Source: a virus. From it: DNA of 64,000 nt. The DNA lies in the IMG/VR virus record IMGVR_UViG_3300042731_006431, positions 2,886 through 66,885 of that record. One strand, written 5' to 3'. A program made the translations under genes and the position numbers. Below are positions 51,786 through 60,656 of the stretch, one piece after another (the stretch's first letter is position 1; each line of letters begins with the position of its first letter). Under the pieces are notes generated by a model. That model saw only the letters and a list, made by a program, of their open reading frames with translations, searched no databases and was not told the origin of the DNA.

Positions 51786-52694
51786 ATGGAAACATTAGAA
51801 TTATCAAAATATATTATAGAGTCAAAATTGCCTATAGATGAATCTACAACAAAAGACGAATCTATAACAAAAATAGAATTGCCAGTGATATATGGTAGAA
51901 AATCACCAGAATTAAGAGAATACGAGAAAGAAAATATTTCTAAATATATTTCAGAACATAAAGATTTACATAAATCTAATTTATTTAATTTTAGTGATTT
52001 ATGTCACCCAAAAGATTTAGATATTAAGAATTTTAACGAAATAAAATTAATTTTTGATGAAAAAAATATAAAATATACATGTATAAGTAGAATTGAATAT
52101 AGAAATATATTTAATAAATATATTCTTTTTCCAAAGAAACTAATTGAGGATGAATTTAGAGTAAAAATTCCTGATTATTTATATGGTATAAAATTGCCTA
52201 TGTGGATGACGTTCAGTTTAAATCATTATATATGGGAATCAGATAAAAATATTAATGTTGTTTATTTAACATCGCATTGTAGCGGTATTACATCAAAAAA
52301 TACACCATTATTTTTTAGTTGTATTAAAGGGGTAAATCTTAAACCAATAAATAGTTTATGGGATTATGAATATCTTAAAAAAAATGATTTGTTTTACAAT
52401 CAACTCAATTGCCGACATAGAAGTAAATTACATCACACATTAGATATTGATATAAAAATTGACTCTGTACCAGTGGTGCCCAAAAGATTCAATCCTATTA
52501 TAGATTTAATACCTGATAAGAGCAGAATCAATATAGCTTTTATGCCAAGTTATGATGTTAAAACGCATGATGACCCTTTTATTTATTATGATCCAATTGG
52601 GAAAACAAAATTTGATGATATTGATATACCTATAATAGTTTTTGGCATGTGGAACAAAAGCGATGCAACTTTAAATACTTATTTAAACGAATAA
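51786..52694 (+). CDS. hypothetical protein, paralog of 190..1137
   Basis: Collinear shared motifs from TLELS to PIIVFG.WNKS. Confidence 0.8.
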   Translation: METLELSKYIIESKLPIDESTTKDESITKIELPVIYGRKSPELREYEKENISKYISEHKDLHKSNLFNFSDLCHPKDLDIKNFNEIKLIFDEKNIKYTCISRIEYRNIFNKYILFPKKLIEDEFRVKIPDYLYGIKLPMWMTFSLNHYIWESDKNINVVYLTSHCSGITSKNTPLFFSCIKGVNLKPINSLWDYEYLKKNDLFYNQLNCRHRSKLHHTLDIDIKIDSVPVVPKRFNPIIDLIPDKSRINIAFMPSYDVKTHDDPFIYYDPIGKTKFDDIDIPIIVFGMWNKSDATLNTYLNE

Positions 52695-52708
52695 AATAAA
52701 GGTTATAT

Positions 52709-53554
52709 ATGAACTTAAAACAAAAACCAATTGTAAATTTAGAGCGTAAATTTGATAAAAACACACTCAAATTTAAAGTGCTAAATGAATATTCAAACAA
52801 AATTTCAGGTGATGCGTTTAAGCTATATTACATACTGATAGATTATTATAATGATGCTTATGGTTATGCTTATCCATCATATAGTATCCTACTTGATAAG
52901 ACTGGTATTAAATCAGTTAACACGTTAAAAAAGAAGCTAAATGAATTAGTTGAAATTGGGCTTATAAATATCAGTACTGGTACTAAGAATAATCAATATA
53001 CGTTCAACAACGTATTTGAGTTAAAAGAAGTAAAAATTGAAAAATCTGAAAAAAATGTATTAAATTCTGATGATGAGAAATCAAAATTTGATAGTAATCA
53101 ATCAAAAAATGATAGGCCTATATCAAAATTTGATAGTCCTTATAATATAGAACTTACTAGTAAATTTACTAGTAATATAACTAATACTAAGAGCAATAAT
53201 AATACCAAGGTGATATCTATGTACGATAAATTTTTAGTTTGGTCAGCTACTAAAGGATGTAATCAACGTAGTATTAATACTTTACTACTTAAATTCCCTA
53301 AGACTAAAGAGTGGTTAGATGCTTATATGACTTATATAGACTCATTAACTGATATAGATGATTTAAGAACATATATTGGCGTTGGGATTAAAAAAAATTG
53401 GAATATGAATAAACGTATTGAAAAGCCAAAAGAAGAACCTAAAACTCCTCAATGGCAGTTAGACCGTATTAAAAACAGACGATTAAATACTTATTCGAAG
53501 AGATTAGGCATTACAGTAGCTGAATACATTGAAAGGTATGGAGATGAAGTCTAA
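52709..53554 (+). CDS. replication initiator (N-terminal winged HTH)
   Basis: LY..L......G.AYPS...L...TG......K.L.EL...GLI; internal iterons; directly upstream of dnaB. Confidence 0.8.
   Translation: MNLKQKPIVNLERKFDKNTLKFKVLNEYSNKISGDAFKLYYILIDYYNDAYGYAYPSYSILLDKTGIKSVNTLKKKLNELVEIGLINISTGTKNNQYTFNNVFELKEVKIEKSEKNVLNSDDEKSKFDSNQSKNDRPISKFDSPYNIELTSKFTSNITNTKSNNNTKVISMYDKFLVWSATKGCNQRSINTLLLKFPKTKEWLDAYMTYIDSLTDIDDLRTYIGVGIKKNWNMNKRIEKPKEEPKTPQWQLDRIKNRRLNTYSKRLGITVAEYIERYGDEV
53080..53190. repeat. putative replication origin: three iterons at 21-bp spacing plus AT-rich tract
   Basis: ATCAAAAWWTGATAG at 53080, 53101, 53122, then TTACTAGTAA twice and AT-rich DNA. Confidence 0.75.
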
Positions 53555-54896
53555 AATACCGCATAATTACGAAGCTGAAGAGGCTGTTTTATCAGCTATA
53601 CTTATACACCCGGATTCAATTTTGAATTGTATATCTAAGATTGATTCAAGCGATTTTTACAGCTCAAAGAATAAAATTATTTATGATGCTTTGTTTGAGC
53701 TATATAAGCAAGACGTACAGGCAGATTATATACTATTGACAGATTACCTAACACGAAAGGGTAAGCTTGAAACTGTTGGTGAAGAATATATACTTGATGT
53801 AGTGCGTAATATCCCTACTGTTCATAACATCGATAGCTATATAATGGCTGTAAAAGATAGTTCTAATCGTAGAAAATTGCAGAACATATCTAATAAGCTA
53901 ACTGAAAGACTAACAACAGAGGAAGCAACACGGAATATTATCAATGATATGCAAAAAGTTATCTTTGATCTTACAGAATCAGATTCTGATGATGACCCGG
54001 TTTCAATTGCTGACAGTATTGTTGAAACGTTTGAAAAGATTAAAAAGTCTCATGGTTACAACAAAGAATACGACGGCATTTTAACAGGTATTTCTAATAT
54101 CGATGACTTTACAGGCGGGTTTAAAAATGGTGAAGTTACCATATTGGCCGCTCGTCCGAGTATGGGTAAAACTTCGCTGGCTTCTAATATTGCATGTAAT
54201 GCAGCTAAGGAAGGAAAGAACGTTTTATTTTGCTCTAAAGAAATGTCAACTCATGTAATTGGACAAAGATTACTTGCTGAAATGTCAGATATAGAAAGCT
54301 ACAAGATTAGAACTGCTCATCTGACTACTCAAGAATTAAAAGTGCTTGAAACAACATTGCCAGAATTTGAGAGTATTAGGCTATTGAAATTCTATGATAG
54401 TTCATCTATGAGTGCTGTGAATATTAGGTCTAAAGCTCGCAAAATGAAAATGAGGGGTGGTTTGGATTTGATTATAATTGATTATTTACAGCTTTTAGAA
54501 CCAATTAGCACAAAGCACGATTCAAAAAACATCGAAGTTTCTGAAAGCTCAAAATACATAAAAAATATAGCCCGTGAACTTGATATACCTGTTATACTAT
54601 TATCTCAATTATCAAGAAGTATTGAAGCTCGTCAAAACAAGGAACCACTATTATCAGATTTACGTGATTCAGGTTCTATTGAGCAAGATGCTGATATTGT
54701 TGCTTTCTTACATCGTCCTAAATACCAAACGGTGGATGATGAAAAAGACTTATACCAAGAAACTCATTTCATTGTACGAAAAAATCGTAATGGTAGCATA
54801 GGGACAGTTAAATTGAGATTTGATAAGAACATAACAAAATTTGTGAATTGGACTGATGGCGATGATTATTTAAGTGGTGGTGATTATTATAAATAA
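53529..54896 (+). CDS. dnaB: replicative DNA helicase DnaB
   Basis: P...EAE.AVL, AARPSMGKT, IIDYLQL, LSQLSR, SDLRDSGSIEQDAD, KNRNG. Confidence 0.96.
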   Translation: MKGMEMKSKIPHNYEAEEAVLSAILIHPDSILNCISKIDSSDFYSSKNKIIYDALFELYKQDVQADYILLTDYLTRKGKLETVGEEYILDVVRNIPTVHNIDSYIMAVKDSSNRRKLQNISNKLTERLTTEEATRNIINDMQKVIFDLTESDSDDDPVSIADSIVETFEKIKKSHGYNKEYDGILTGISNIDDFTGGFKNGEVTILAARPSMGKTSLASNIACNAAKEGKNVLFCSKEMSTHVIGQRLLAEMSDIESYKIRTAHLTTQELKVLETTLPEFESIRLLKFYDSSSMSAVNIRSKARKMKMRGGLDLIIIDYLQLLEPISTKHDSKNIEVSESSKYIKNIARELDIPVILLSQLSRSIEARQNKEPLLSDLRDSGSIEQDADIVAFLHRPKYQTVDDEKDLYQETHFIVRKNRNGSIGTVKLRFDKNITKFVNWTDGDDYLSGGDYYK

Positions 54897-54911
54897 TAAG
54901 GAGTTAAAACT

Positions 54912-55850
54912 ATGAGACCAAATCAAAGAGTACACATAATTTATCACAAAGCAGATTTTGATGGTATCGCATCAGCGGCCTTAGTTCATTATGAATGTAG
55001 AGCTATGGATGATGTCGAGTTTATATTGCATCCATATGATTATGGAGACAAAGATTTCGACTTAAGGCAGCTAAACCAAGTAGCAGATTATGTCTATATT
55101 GTTGATTTTTCATTTCCAATGGAAAAGATGAAGGCTATACAGGATATAGTTGGATATAATAATTTTATTTGGATTGATCATCATAAAACAGCAATAGAAA
55201 CTTATGAGAAAAGCGGATATAGGTTTCAAGGTATAACAGACACCAATTATGCAGCTTGTGAATTGGCATATTTTTTTAATTTTGATGAGTTACCAAAACT
55301 AAACTCTCCAATATATCTTTTAGGTCGTTATGATATTTGGCAACACTACGATACAGATTATCATGATGATGCTATTAATTTACAGTATGGATTAAGAACC
55401 GAGAAAGAAGCTTTTAACCCTTGTTCAGATTTTTGGGATGATTTAATCAAATCTGATGTTATTCAATATGAATTAATGAAAACAGGCTTATTAATACGGA
55501 AATATGAGCAAGTTCAAAATATGCAATATTGTGAAAAATACGCTTTTGAATGTCTTTTCCATGATCTTAGATTTATCTGTGTCAACAAAGGCCAATCAAA
55601 TTCGATGATTTTTGATGATATATTTGACCCTGAAAAACACGATGCTATGATGGTATTTTGTGCGTTTGAGGAGGGCGGTAAACTATTTGATAGGGTATCC
55701 ATGTACACTTCAAAAGATATTGATTTGTCTGAAATAGCTAAGAAATACAATGGTGGTGGACATAAGAAAGCGTGTGGGTTTGTTTGTGATGATATTAAAC
55801 AATTAGTAGAAAATAAAAATAAAAAACTTGACGATTTCAATTTAATTTGA
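54912..55850 (+). CDS. DHH/DHHA1 phosphoesterase
   Basis: YH.AD.DG..SA, VDFS, WIDHH, GGGH..ACG. Confidence 0.88.
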   Translation: MRPNQRVHIIYHKADFDGIASAALVHYECRAMDDVEFILHPYDYGDKDFDLRQLNQVADYVYIVDFSFPMEKMKAIQDIVGYNNFIWIDHHKTAIETYEKSGYRFQGITDTNYAACELAYFFNFDELPKLNSPIYLLGRYDIWQHYDTDYHDDAINLQYGLRTEKEAFNPCSDFWDDLIKSDVIQYELMKTGLLIRKYEQVQNMQYCEKYAFECLFHDLRFICVNKGQSNSMIFDDIFDPEKHDAMMVFCAFEEGGKLFDRVSMYTSKDIDLSEIAKKYNGGGHKKACGFVCDDIKQLVENKNKKLDDFNLI

Positions 55851-55856
55851 TATATT
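55828..55856 (+). promoter_or_regulatory. sigma70 promoter for the tRNA locus
   Basis: TTGACG-N17-TATATT 20 nt upstream of the tRNA. Confidence 0.7.
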
Positions 55857-55876
55857 TTGAATATATAAACTGGTTA

Positions 55877-55951
55877 CCAACCGTAGCTCAATTGGATAAG
55901 AGCGACACCCTTTTAAGGCGTGGGTTGCTGGTTCGATTCCAGCCGGTTGGA
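55877..55951 (+). tRNA. tRNA-Lys(UUU), CCA not encoded
   Basis: Acceptor CCAACCG/CGGTTGG, D arm GCTC/GAGC, anticodon stem ACACC/GGCGT (one mismatch) with loop CTTTTAA, T arm GCTGG-TTCGATT-CCAGC. Confidence 0.8.
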
Positions 55952-55958
55952 ATAAAAA

Positions 55959-56032
55959 CCACAGGTGGCGGAATTGGTAGACGCGGGGACCAGAAATCAC
56001 CCTATATGAAGGTTCGAATCCTTCCCTGTGGA
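55959..56032 (+). ncRNA. tRNA-like element with degenerate anticodon arm
   Basis: Perfect acceptor CCACAGG/CCTGTGG, Leu-type D arm GGCGGAATTGGTAGACGC, perfect T arm GAAGG-TTCGAAT-CCTTC; no canonical U33 anticodon loop. Confidence 0.65.
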
Positions 56033-56215
56033 ATGGGTAACAAAGCTACCATACACATATTGGTAGATGGAAACAACATAGATGAGACTGAAGAGGCTAA
56101 GAACCTTCACATTCAGCGAGTCCGAAACAGAATCCTTTGAGCTGATGACAGGCCCGGAAAGACGGGCGCTGGATTAATAATTAATTGATTTAATTGTTAG
56201 GAACCCTTGTCCTGT

Positions 56216-56251
56216 AGTGCCGTGGTTATAGCGGATCACGGTACTTTTTTT
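56216..56251 (+). terminator. intrinsic terminator closing the tRNA transcript
   Basis: AGTGCCGTGGTT/GATCACGGTACT stem (with G-U pairs) then T7. Confidence 0.7.
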
Positions 56252-56595
56252 AGAAATGTTTATATTAAAGGAATTAATATGTTATTAGATATATTCCACA
56301 CTGTTGAAATAATTTTATTATTGACCTATATTAGTGTCTCTTGTGCAACTATAATATTTGACTATATACATTACAGAGTAGTAATTATAGGGGTTGTTTC
56401 TTTAGTAGGGTGTATCATATGTATCATTATAAACCTAATTTTAGGTGAGATTAATTTTACGAGTCAATATTAAATTTGTCTAAATTAACAATGAATGTAT
56501 TTCATGACAACACCATTTATAAGGAAAATTGCCTTGACTATATTCGAAATATCTATTATGTTATTAGATATTAGTTGAACGAATATAGTTTGTTT

Positions 56596-56635
56596 GTGAG
56601 TGTGGTTTACTGAGAGAACTGCACTCACCTTTTTT
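56596..56635 (+). terminator. intrinsic terminator-like hairpin
   Basis: GTGAGTGTGGTT/AACTGCACTCAC stem then T-run. Confidence 0.55.
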
Positions 56636-56651
56636 AAATTAAGGAGTAATT

Positions 56652-56824
56652 ATGGAAAAGTGTAGTAAATGTTTATGGGAAAACGCTAAAAATGAGAATC
56701 CAGCTATAATTTCTGGGTTCATGAATTAGAAGTAAAAATTGTTGAAAATGGGAAAATTGCAACTTTCACATTATGCGATTCATGTTTTAGTGAATTTAAG
56801 GCAGATTGTGAATTGGATATCTAA
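56652..56824 (+). pseudogene. small Zn-finger gene split by a frameshift
   Basis: AAGGAG-ATG MEKCSKC.. stops early; LCDSC.. continues in another frame to TAA abutting 56825. Confidence 0.4.
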
Positions 56825-57295
56825 ATGCAGATCTATTTTACAGACAACAACCCTAAAAAATGCGCTCAAGTTATAGACAATTTACGCGTATCAAAACTAA
56901 TTTGTGAGACAGCTCAATGCTTAAACTATGCAGCTATGAGACATGGTTATATAGGTACAGTTGGCTTAAGTCAAAATCAAAAATCAGCTTATCTTAATAA
57001 TCCTATAGTTAAGTGGTTGTCAGAATCAAAGCAGAATTATAAATGGGGATTGGTTCATTTAAAAGCACTATTGCAGGTTAAAAGCAAACGTTTCGGTACT
57101 GCTCATTTGTTTGTTAAGCATGTTAACAGTTTATCAAAGCTTATAAAATACATTCCTAATGGTGAATTAACAGAGTTTCCAAATGTTACTAAGAATTATA
57201 AGCATATTAAACCCACTACTGAAGCTTATCAATTGCATTTGCTTGAAAAGTGGGAAGAGTCTAAAAGAAAGGTAAGTTGGAACGAAAGAGGTTAA
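56825..57295 (+). CDS. pyrimidine-dimer DNA glycosylase / DenV-like protein
   Basis: MQI.F.D..P...AQ.....V.K...E.AQ.L, N.P...W...S..NY.W. Confidence 0.7.
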   Translation: MQIYFTDNNPKKCAQVIDNLRVSKLICETAQCLNYAAMRHGYIGTVGLSQNQKSAYLNNPIVKWLSESKQNYKWGLVHLKALLQVKSKRFGTAHLFVKHVNSLSKLIKYIPNGELTEFPNVTKNYKHIKPTTEAYQLHLLEKWEESKRKVSWNERG

Positions 57296-57296
57296 T

Positions 57297-58133
57297 ATGA
57301 CAATAACTGAATATTTAAACAGTTTACCCCTTTTAAAGGGTTTCAATACACTGCAAACTCCTATTTTAGATATTATGCATCATGAAACTAAAGTAAAAAA
57401 TCACTGTTTTATAGGTAATGATAACCAAAAACTTATAATTAGAGATCGATCTTTTTTTGTTGATCAATTAGCATTTAAAGATCATGATGATTTTTTAAAC
57501 CATTTAGAGTTAAGAAGTAAAGTTAATAATGAAATTTATGATAAGATGCTTGAAAAAGCATTATCAGTAATAAAAAGCTCTGCAAATAATCGTATTATTA
57601 ACGGCAGACAGGCACCTATTAATTTTAACGGCTTAAATACCATCACTGAATATAATTATATGTTTTTACCTCATCACCATAAATTAAAAAGTAAATATAA
57701 TTTTAGAAAATTAATTGACTATTTTGAAATTGCAATAAGGGCAATGAAATATTCTACTACACATTTAATAGTTGGCATTGAAGGTTATAAACTTTTAGAA
57801 TCAATATCTCCCTATTTCAAGGATATGAGGTTAAAAAACTTACAGCTTTCAAATAATGCAAATGATTTAGGAGATATTGAAATTTTAAATTCCAGAATTA
57901 ATATTATTTTTGCCGGTTTTGATTATACGCATAATCAAGTTATAACAGTTAAAGATGATATGATAGATATGTATTTAGTTGATTTCTCAGAAAACGGGTT
58001 AACTTTTGCATTGGAAATATTCCCTATAATGAAAAAAAATGAGGGCACTGGAATAACTTATTTTCTCAAAACAGCTCAATGGCTATGTCAAAATTCTGAA
58101 AATTGCTGTTATAAAATATCTCAGAGGGTATAA
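57297..58133 (+). CDS. second, diverged major-capsid paralog lacking the presumed E-loop
   Basis: LIIRDR.FF.D, SAN.R.ING, F.GLN, THL..G..G.K.L, YLVDFSENG.TFALE, TGI.Y.L...Q.LC shared with 13255..14169. Confidence 0.88.
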   Translation: MTITEYLNSLPLLKGFNTLQTPILDIMHHETKVKNHCFIGNDNQKLIIRDRSFFVDQLAFKDHDDFLNHLELRSKVNNEIYDKMLEKALSVIKSSANNRIINGRQAPINFNGLNTITEYNYMFLPHHHKLKSKYNFRKLIDYFEIAIRAMKYSTTHLIVGIEGYKLLESISPYFKDMRLKNLQLSNNANDLGDIEILNSRINIIFAGFDYTHNQVITVKDDMIDMYLVDFSENGLTFALEIFPIMKKNEGTGITYFLKTAQWLCQNSENCCYKISQRV

Positions 58134-58134
58134 A

Positions 58135-58473
58135 ATGAAAAAAATGTATGTAAGCGGCCCATATAGTGGCACACTAGATGAAATAAATCATAATATATCA
58201 TTTGCCGAAATAGCATCTGTTAAGTTGCTTAAATGTGGATGGTGTGTACTTACACCTCATAAAAACTACTCTAATTATGAAAAGTATGAGGAATATTTGG
58301 GGTTTGGTTATGAATATTGGCTTTATCTTGATCTTGAATTATTATCTTGTTGTGATGCTATTTTTATGCTTAAATCATATAAAGAAAGCAAAGGCGCTAT
58401 GATAGAACTTGAAAAAGCTATAGAATTAGGTCTTGAAATTTACTATGAAAGCGAAGGATATCCATGTCCTTAA
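58135..58473 (+). CDS. DUF4406/DUF1937-like nucleoside deoxyribosyltransferase-fold protein
   Basis: YVSGPY, PH, DLELL..CDAI.ML.....S.GA..E...A. Confidence 0.75.
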   Translation: MKKMYVSGPYSGTLDEINHNISFAEIASVKLLKCGWCVLTPHKNYSNYEKYEEYLGFGYEYWLYLDLELLSCCDAIFMLKSYKESKGAMIELEKAIELGLEIYYESEGYPCP

Positions 58474-58850
58474 AACCAAGATCTAAATCAAGAATGGCTG
58501 TTGCTCAAGATAAATATTATAAAATAGCTACTATACTCGTATATAAAAAACATGGTAAAAAGTGTTTTTATTGTGGTGCTAAACCTGAGGGCTTGGATCA
58601 TATCGTTAATCGATCGTTAAGTAATTATTTATATTCGTGTCCACAAAACCTTGTACCATGTTGTGGTAGGTGTAATTTAGATATGAAAATAAATCCTAAA
58701 AAGAAATTATCTATAATAGAATCTAAAGGAATAGATTATAATTCACTGTTAGAACTTGATAAACAAGGATTACCTTTTGTTAAAAGTCATTCATGGGATG
58801 AGTGGTTTAATTTGAATTGTGAGAAGTATAGAAAAGAGAATAGAATTTAA
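58464..58850 (+). CDS. HNH endonuclease (NinG-like)
   Basis: CFYCG..DHI..RS...NLVPCC..CN. Confidence 0.78.
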   Translation: MSLKPRSKSRMAVAQDKYYKIATILVYKKHGKKCFYCGAKPEGLDHIVNRSLSNYLYSCPQNLVPCCGRCNLDMKINPKKKLSIIESKGIDYNSLLELDKQGLPFVKSHSWDEWFNLNCEKYRKENRI

Positions 58851-59016
58851 ATATTTGAGGGTAATATGAAGGAAATAAATAAAAAACTTCTTAGTCTCGA
58901 CGAAATTGCAGATAAGATCTGGGACGAATTCGGAGCTGATTCATTACCATATGATGAAATTGATACAAGTAAGATTGAATATAGTGATGAAGTGACAGTC
59001 TTTACTTACAACAAAT

Positions 59017-59664
59017 TTGAAAATAAAATCATGCCGAAAAATATATAGAAATGATAGAGGTGAAAGAATGAGAACATTAAATATTACTGTAGGTGGAGCT
59101 TACGGTTCTGATAGGAAAAATAGTCGACCTTTTTACGATGCATTGATGGCAGCCTTCCCATATGATGATTTTATATACATAGAAAAATCTATGGATAGCC
59201 TTTTCGGTGATGGTGAAGATGAGCGAATTTCTGATATAAAGTTTAGTCTATTAGAAAACAAAGATACATATGATATAATAAATATTATAGGTAAGTCATA
59301 CGGCGGGCCTCTAATCTGTGAATTACTATCAGACGATGACTTTTTTAATAAGCTTAATAAAAAGATTAATCTAATTCTCATTGATCCAACCAACGCAAAA
59401 TACCCCTGGTTCAAACAGAAATATCATGGGCGAAGTACAATCACAGTTGACAATGAAAAAATAGAAAGCTCGATTTTATTCTATGAGGACGAGTCTGAAA
59501 ATAAACACTTATTTAGAGCTTTTCTTGATTATCGTCATAGAAATGTAATCGTTAATGGTTATCAAGTTAGACAGGTGTTGATTCTTGGTGCAGATCATTT
59601 TTCTATTACACGAAAAAAAGAGTATATAGATCAGATTATTAATTATATTAAGGGGTTGAGATGA
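59017..59664 (+). CDS. alpha/beta hydrolase-fold protein
   Basis: Nucleophile elbow IIGKSYGG, LILIDP, C-terminal DHF. Confidence 0.65.
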   Translation: MKIKSCRKIYRNDRGERMRTLNITVGGAYGSDRKNSRPFYDALMAAFPYDDFIYIEKSMDSLFGDGEDERISDIKFSLLENKDTYDIINIIGKSYGGPLICELLSDDDFFNKLNKKINLILIDPTNAKYPWFKQKYHGRSTITVDNEKIESSILFYEDESENKHLFRAFLDYRHRNVIVNGYQVRQVLILGADHFSITRKKEYIDQIINYIKGLR

Positions 59665-60629
59665 GGGTTATAAAAAATATTGAGGTTCCTACTGGAAATA
59701 TAATTATTGCAGAGGGACAAAAAGGAAAATTAGAATTCTTATCTATAGGCGACTACGGTAAAGATGTTAATATTAAAGCTAATTTTTTAGATTTAAACCG
59801 AGAACCACAACCAGTAAAACACACTAATTTATTATCTTTAGAAGAAAAATGGGTGATTACAATATCAACTCAGTATAGCTGCAAAATGGGTTGTACTTTT
59901 TGTGATGTGCCTAAAATTAAAAAGCGTGGTGATATTAATGCAAGTCTAAATGATTTAAAAAATCAAATTAAATTGGGATTATTATTACATCCAGAAATAA
60001 AAAAGACCAAAAGGTTAAATGTTCATTTTGCGCGTATGGGAGAGCCATCTTTTAATGGAGAAAATGTTTTAGCGTGTTCACGTTGGTTGAAAAGTTGTAT
60101 TGATCCTACTCATAAAGTACATCCAGTAGTTTCAACAATGCTTCCAAGACACAACAAAAATTTAAAATCGTTTTTGTGGAGTTGGGTAACTATTAAAAAT
60201 AACTTGTATGATGGAAACGCAGGGTTGCAGCTAAGTATAAATACAACAGACGAACAGATTAGAAAACAAATTTTTAGAAATAACTCATTGAATTTAGAAG
60301 AGATTTCTAATGCTATGAGAGGGTTAAAACCAGAAGGTCGTAAATTTACCTTAAATTTTCCTGTTTGTGATTGGCCAATAGATGGTAAGATATTATTGAA
60401 ATACTTTGATCCTGATGATTATATAATTAAATTAACACCAATGCATAAAACAAGTGCGGCGTTAAAAAATAATATAAAAACTGATGGTGATTATACTACA
60501 TACTACCCATATCAAGAAATTGAGAAACATTTAATAGGTTGTGGTTATGATGTTTTGGTTTTTATTGCCTCTAAAGAAGAGGATGAGAGTAAAATAACAT
60601 GCGGAAATGCTATATTAAGTGAAATATAA
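59661..60629 (+). CDS. RlmN/Cfr-like radical SAM protein
   Basis: ISTQYSCKMGCTFC, RMGEP, C-terminal ITCGN. Confidence 0.8.
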   Translation: MRVIKNIEVPTGNIIIAEGQKGKLEFLSIGDYGKDVNIKANFLDLNREPQPVKHTNLLSLEEKWVITISTQYSCKMGCTFCDVPKIKKRGDINASLNDLKNQIKLGLLLHPEIKKTKRLNVHFARMGEPSFNGENVLACSRWLKSCIDPTHKVHPVVSTMLPRHNKNLKSFLWSWVTIKNNLYDGNAGLQLSINTTDEQIRKQIFRNNSLNLEEISNAMRGLKPEGRKFTLNFPVCDWPIDGKILLKYFDPDDYIIKLTPMHKTSAALKNNIKTDGDYTTYYPYQEIEKHLIGCGYDVLVFIASKEEDESKITCGNAILSEI

Positions 60630-60656
60630 TAATTAAAATTTTACGGAGGTCATATA

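Noticed and set aside
56033-56110. HDV-like/theta ribozyme after the tRNA-like element (GCTAAG present)
   Set aside because: Could not build the P1/P3/P1.1 nested pseudoknot by eye; needs a descriptor search
55847-56140. 97-aa ORF in the track
   Set aside because: Overlaps the tRNA and tRNA-like element; TTG start inside the promoter; likely a chance frame in GC-richer RNA
56086-56150. Hammerhead ribozyme (CTGAAGA..GAAAC and CTGATGA)
   Set aside because: Stem II is poor and I could not find a stem III/NUH cleavage site or stem I partner
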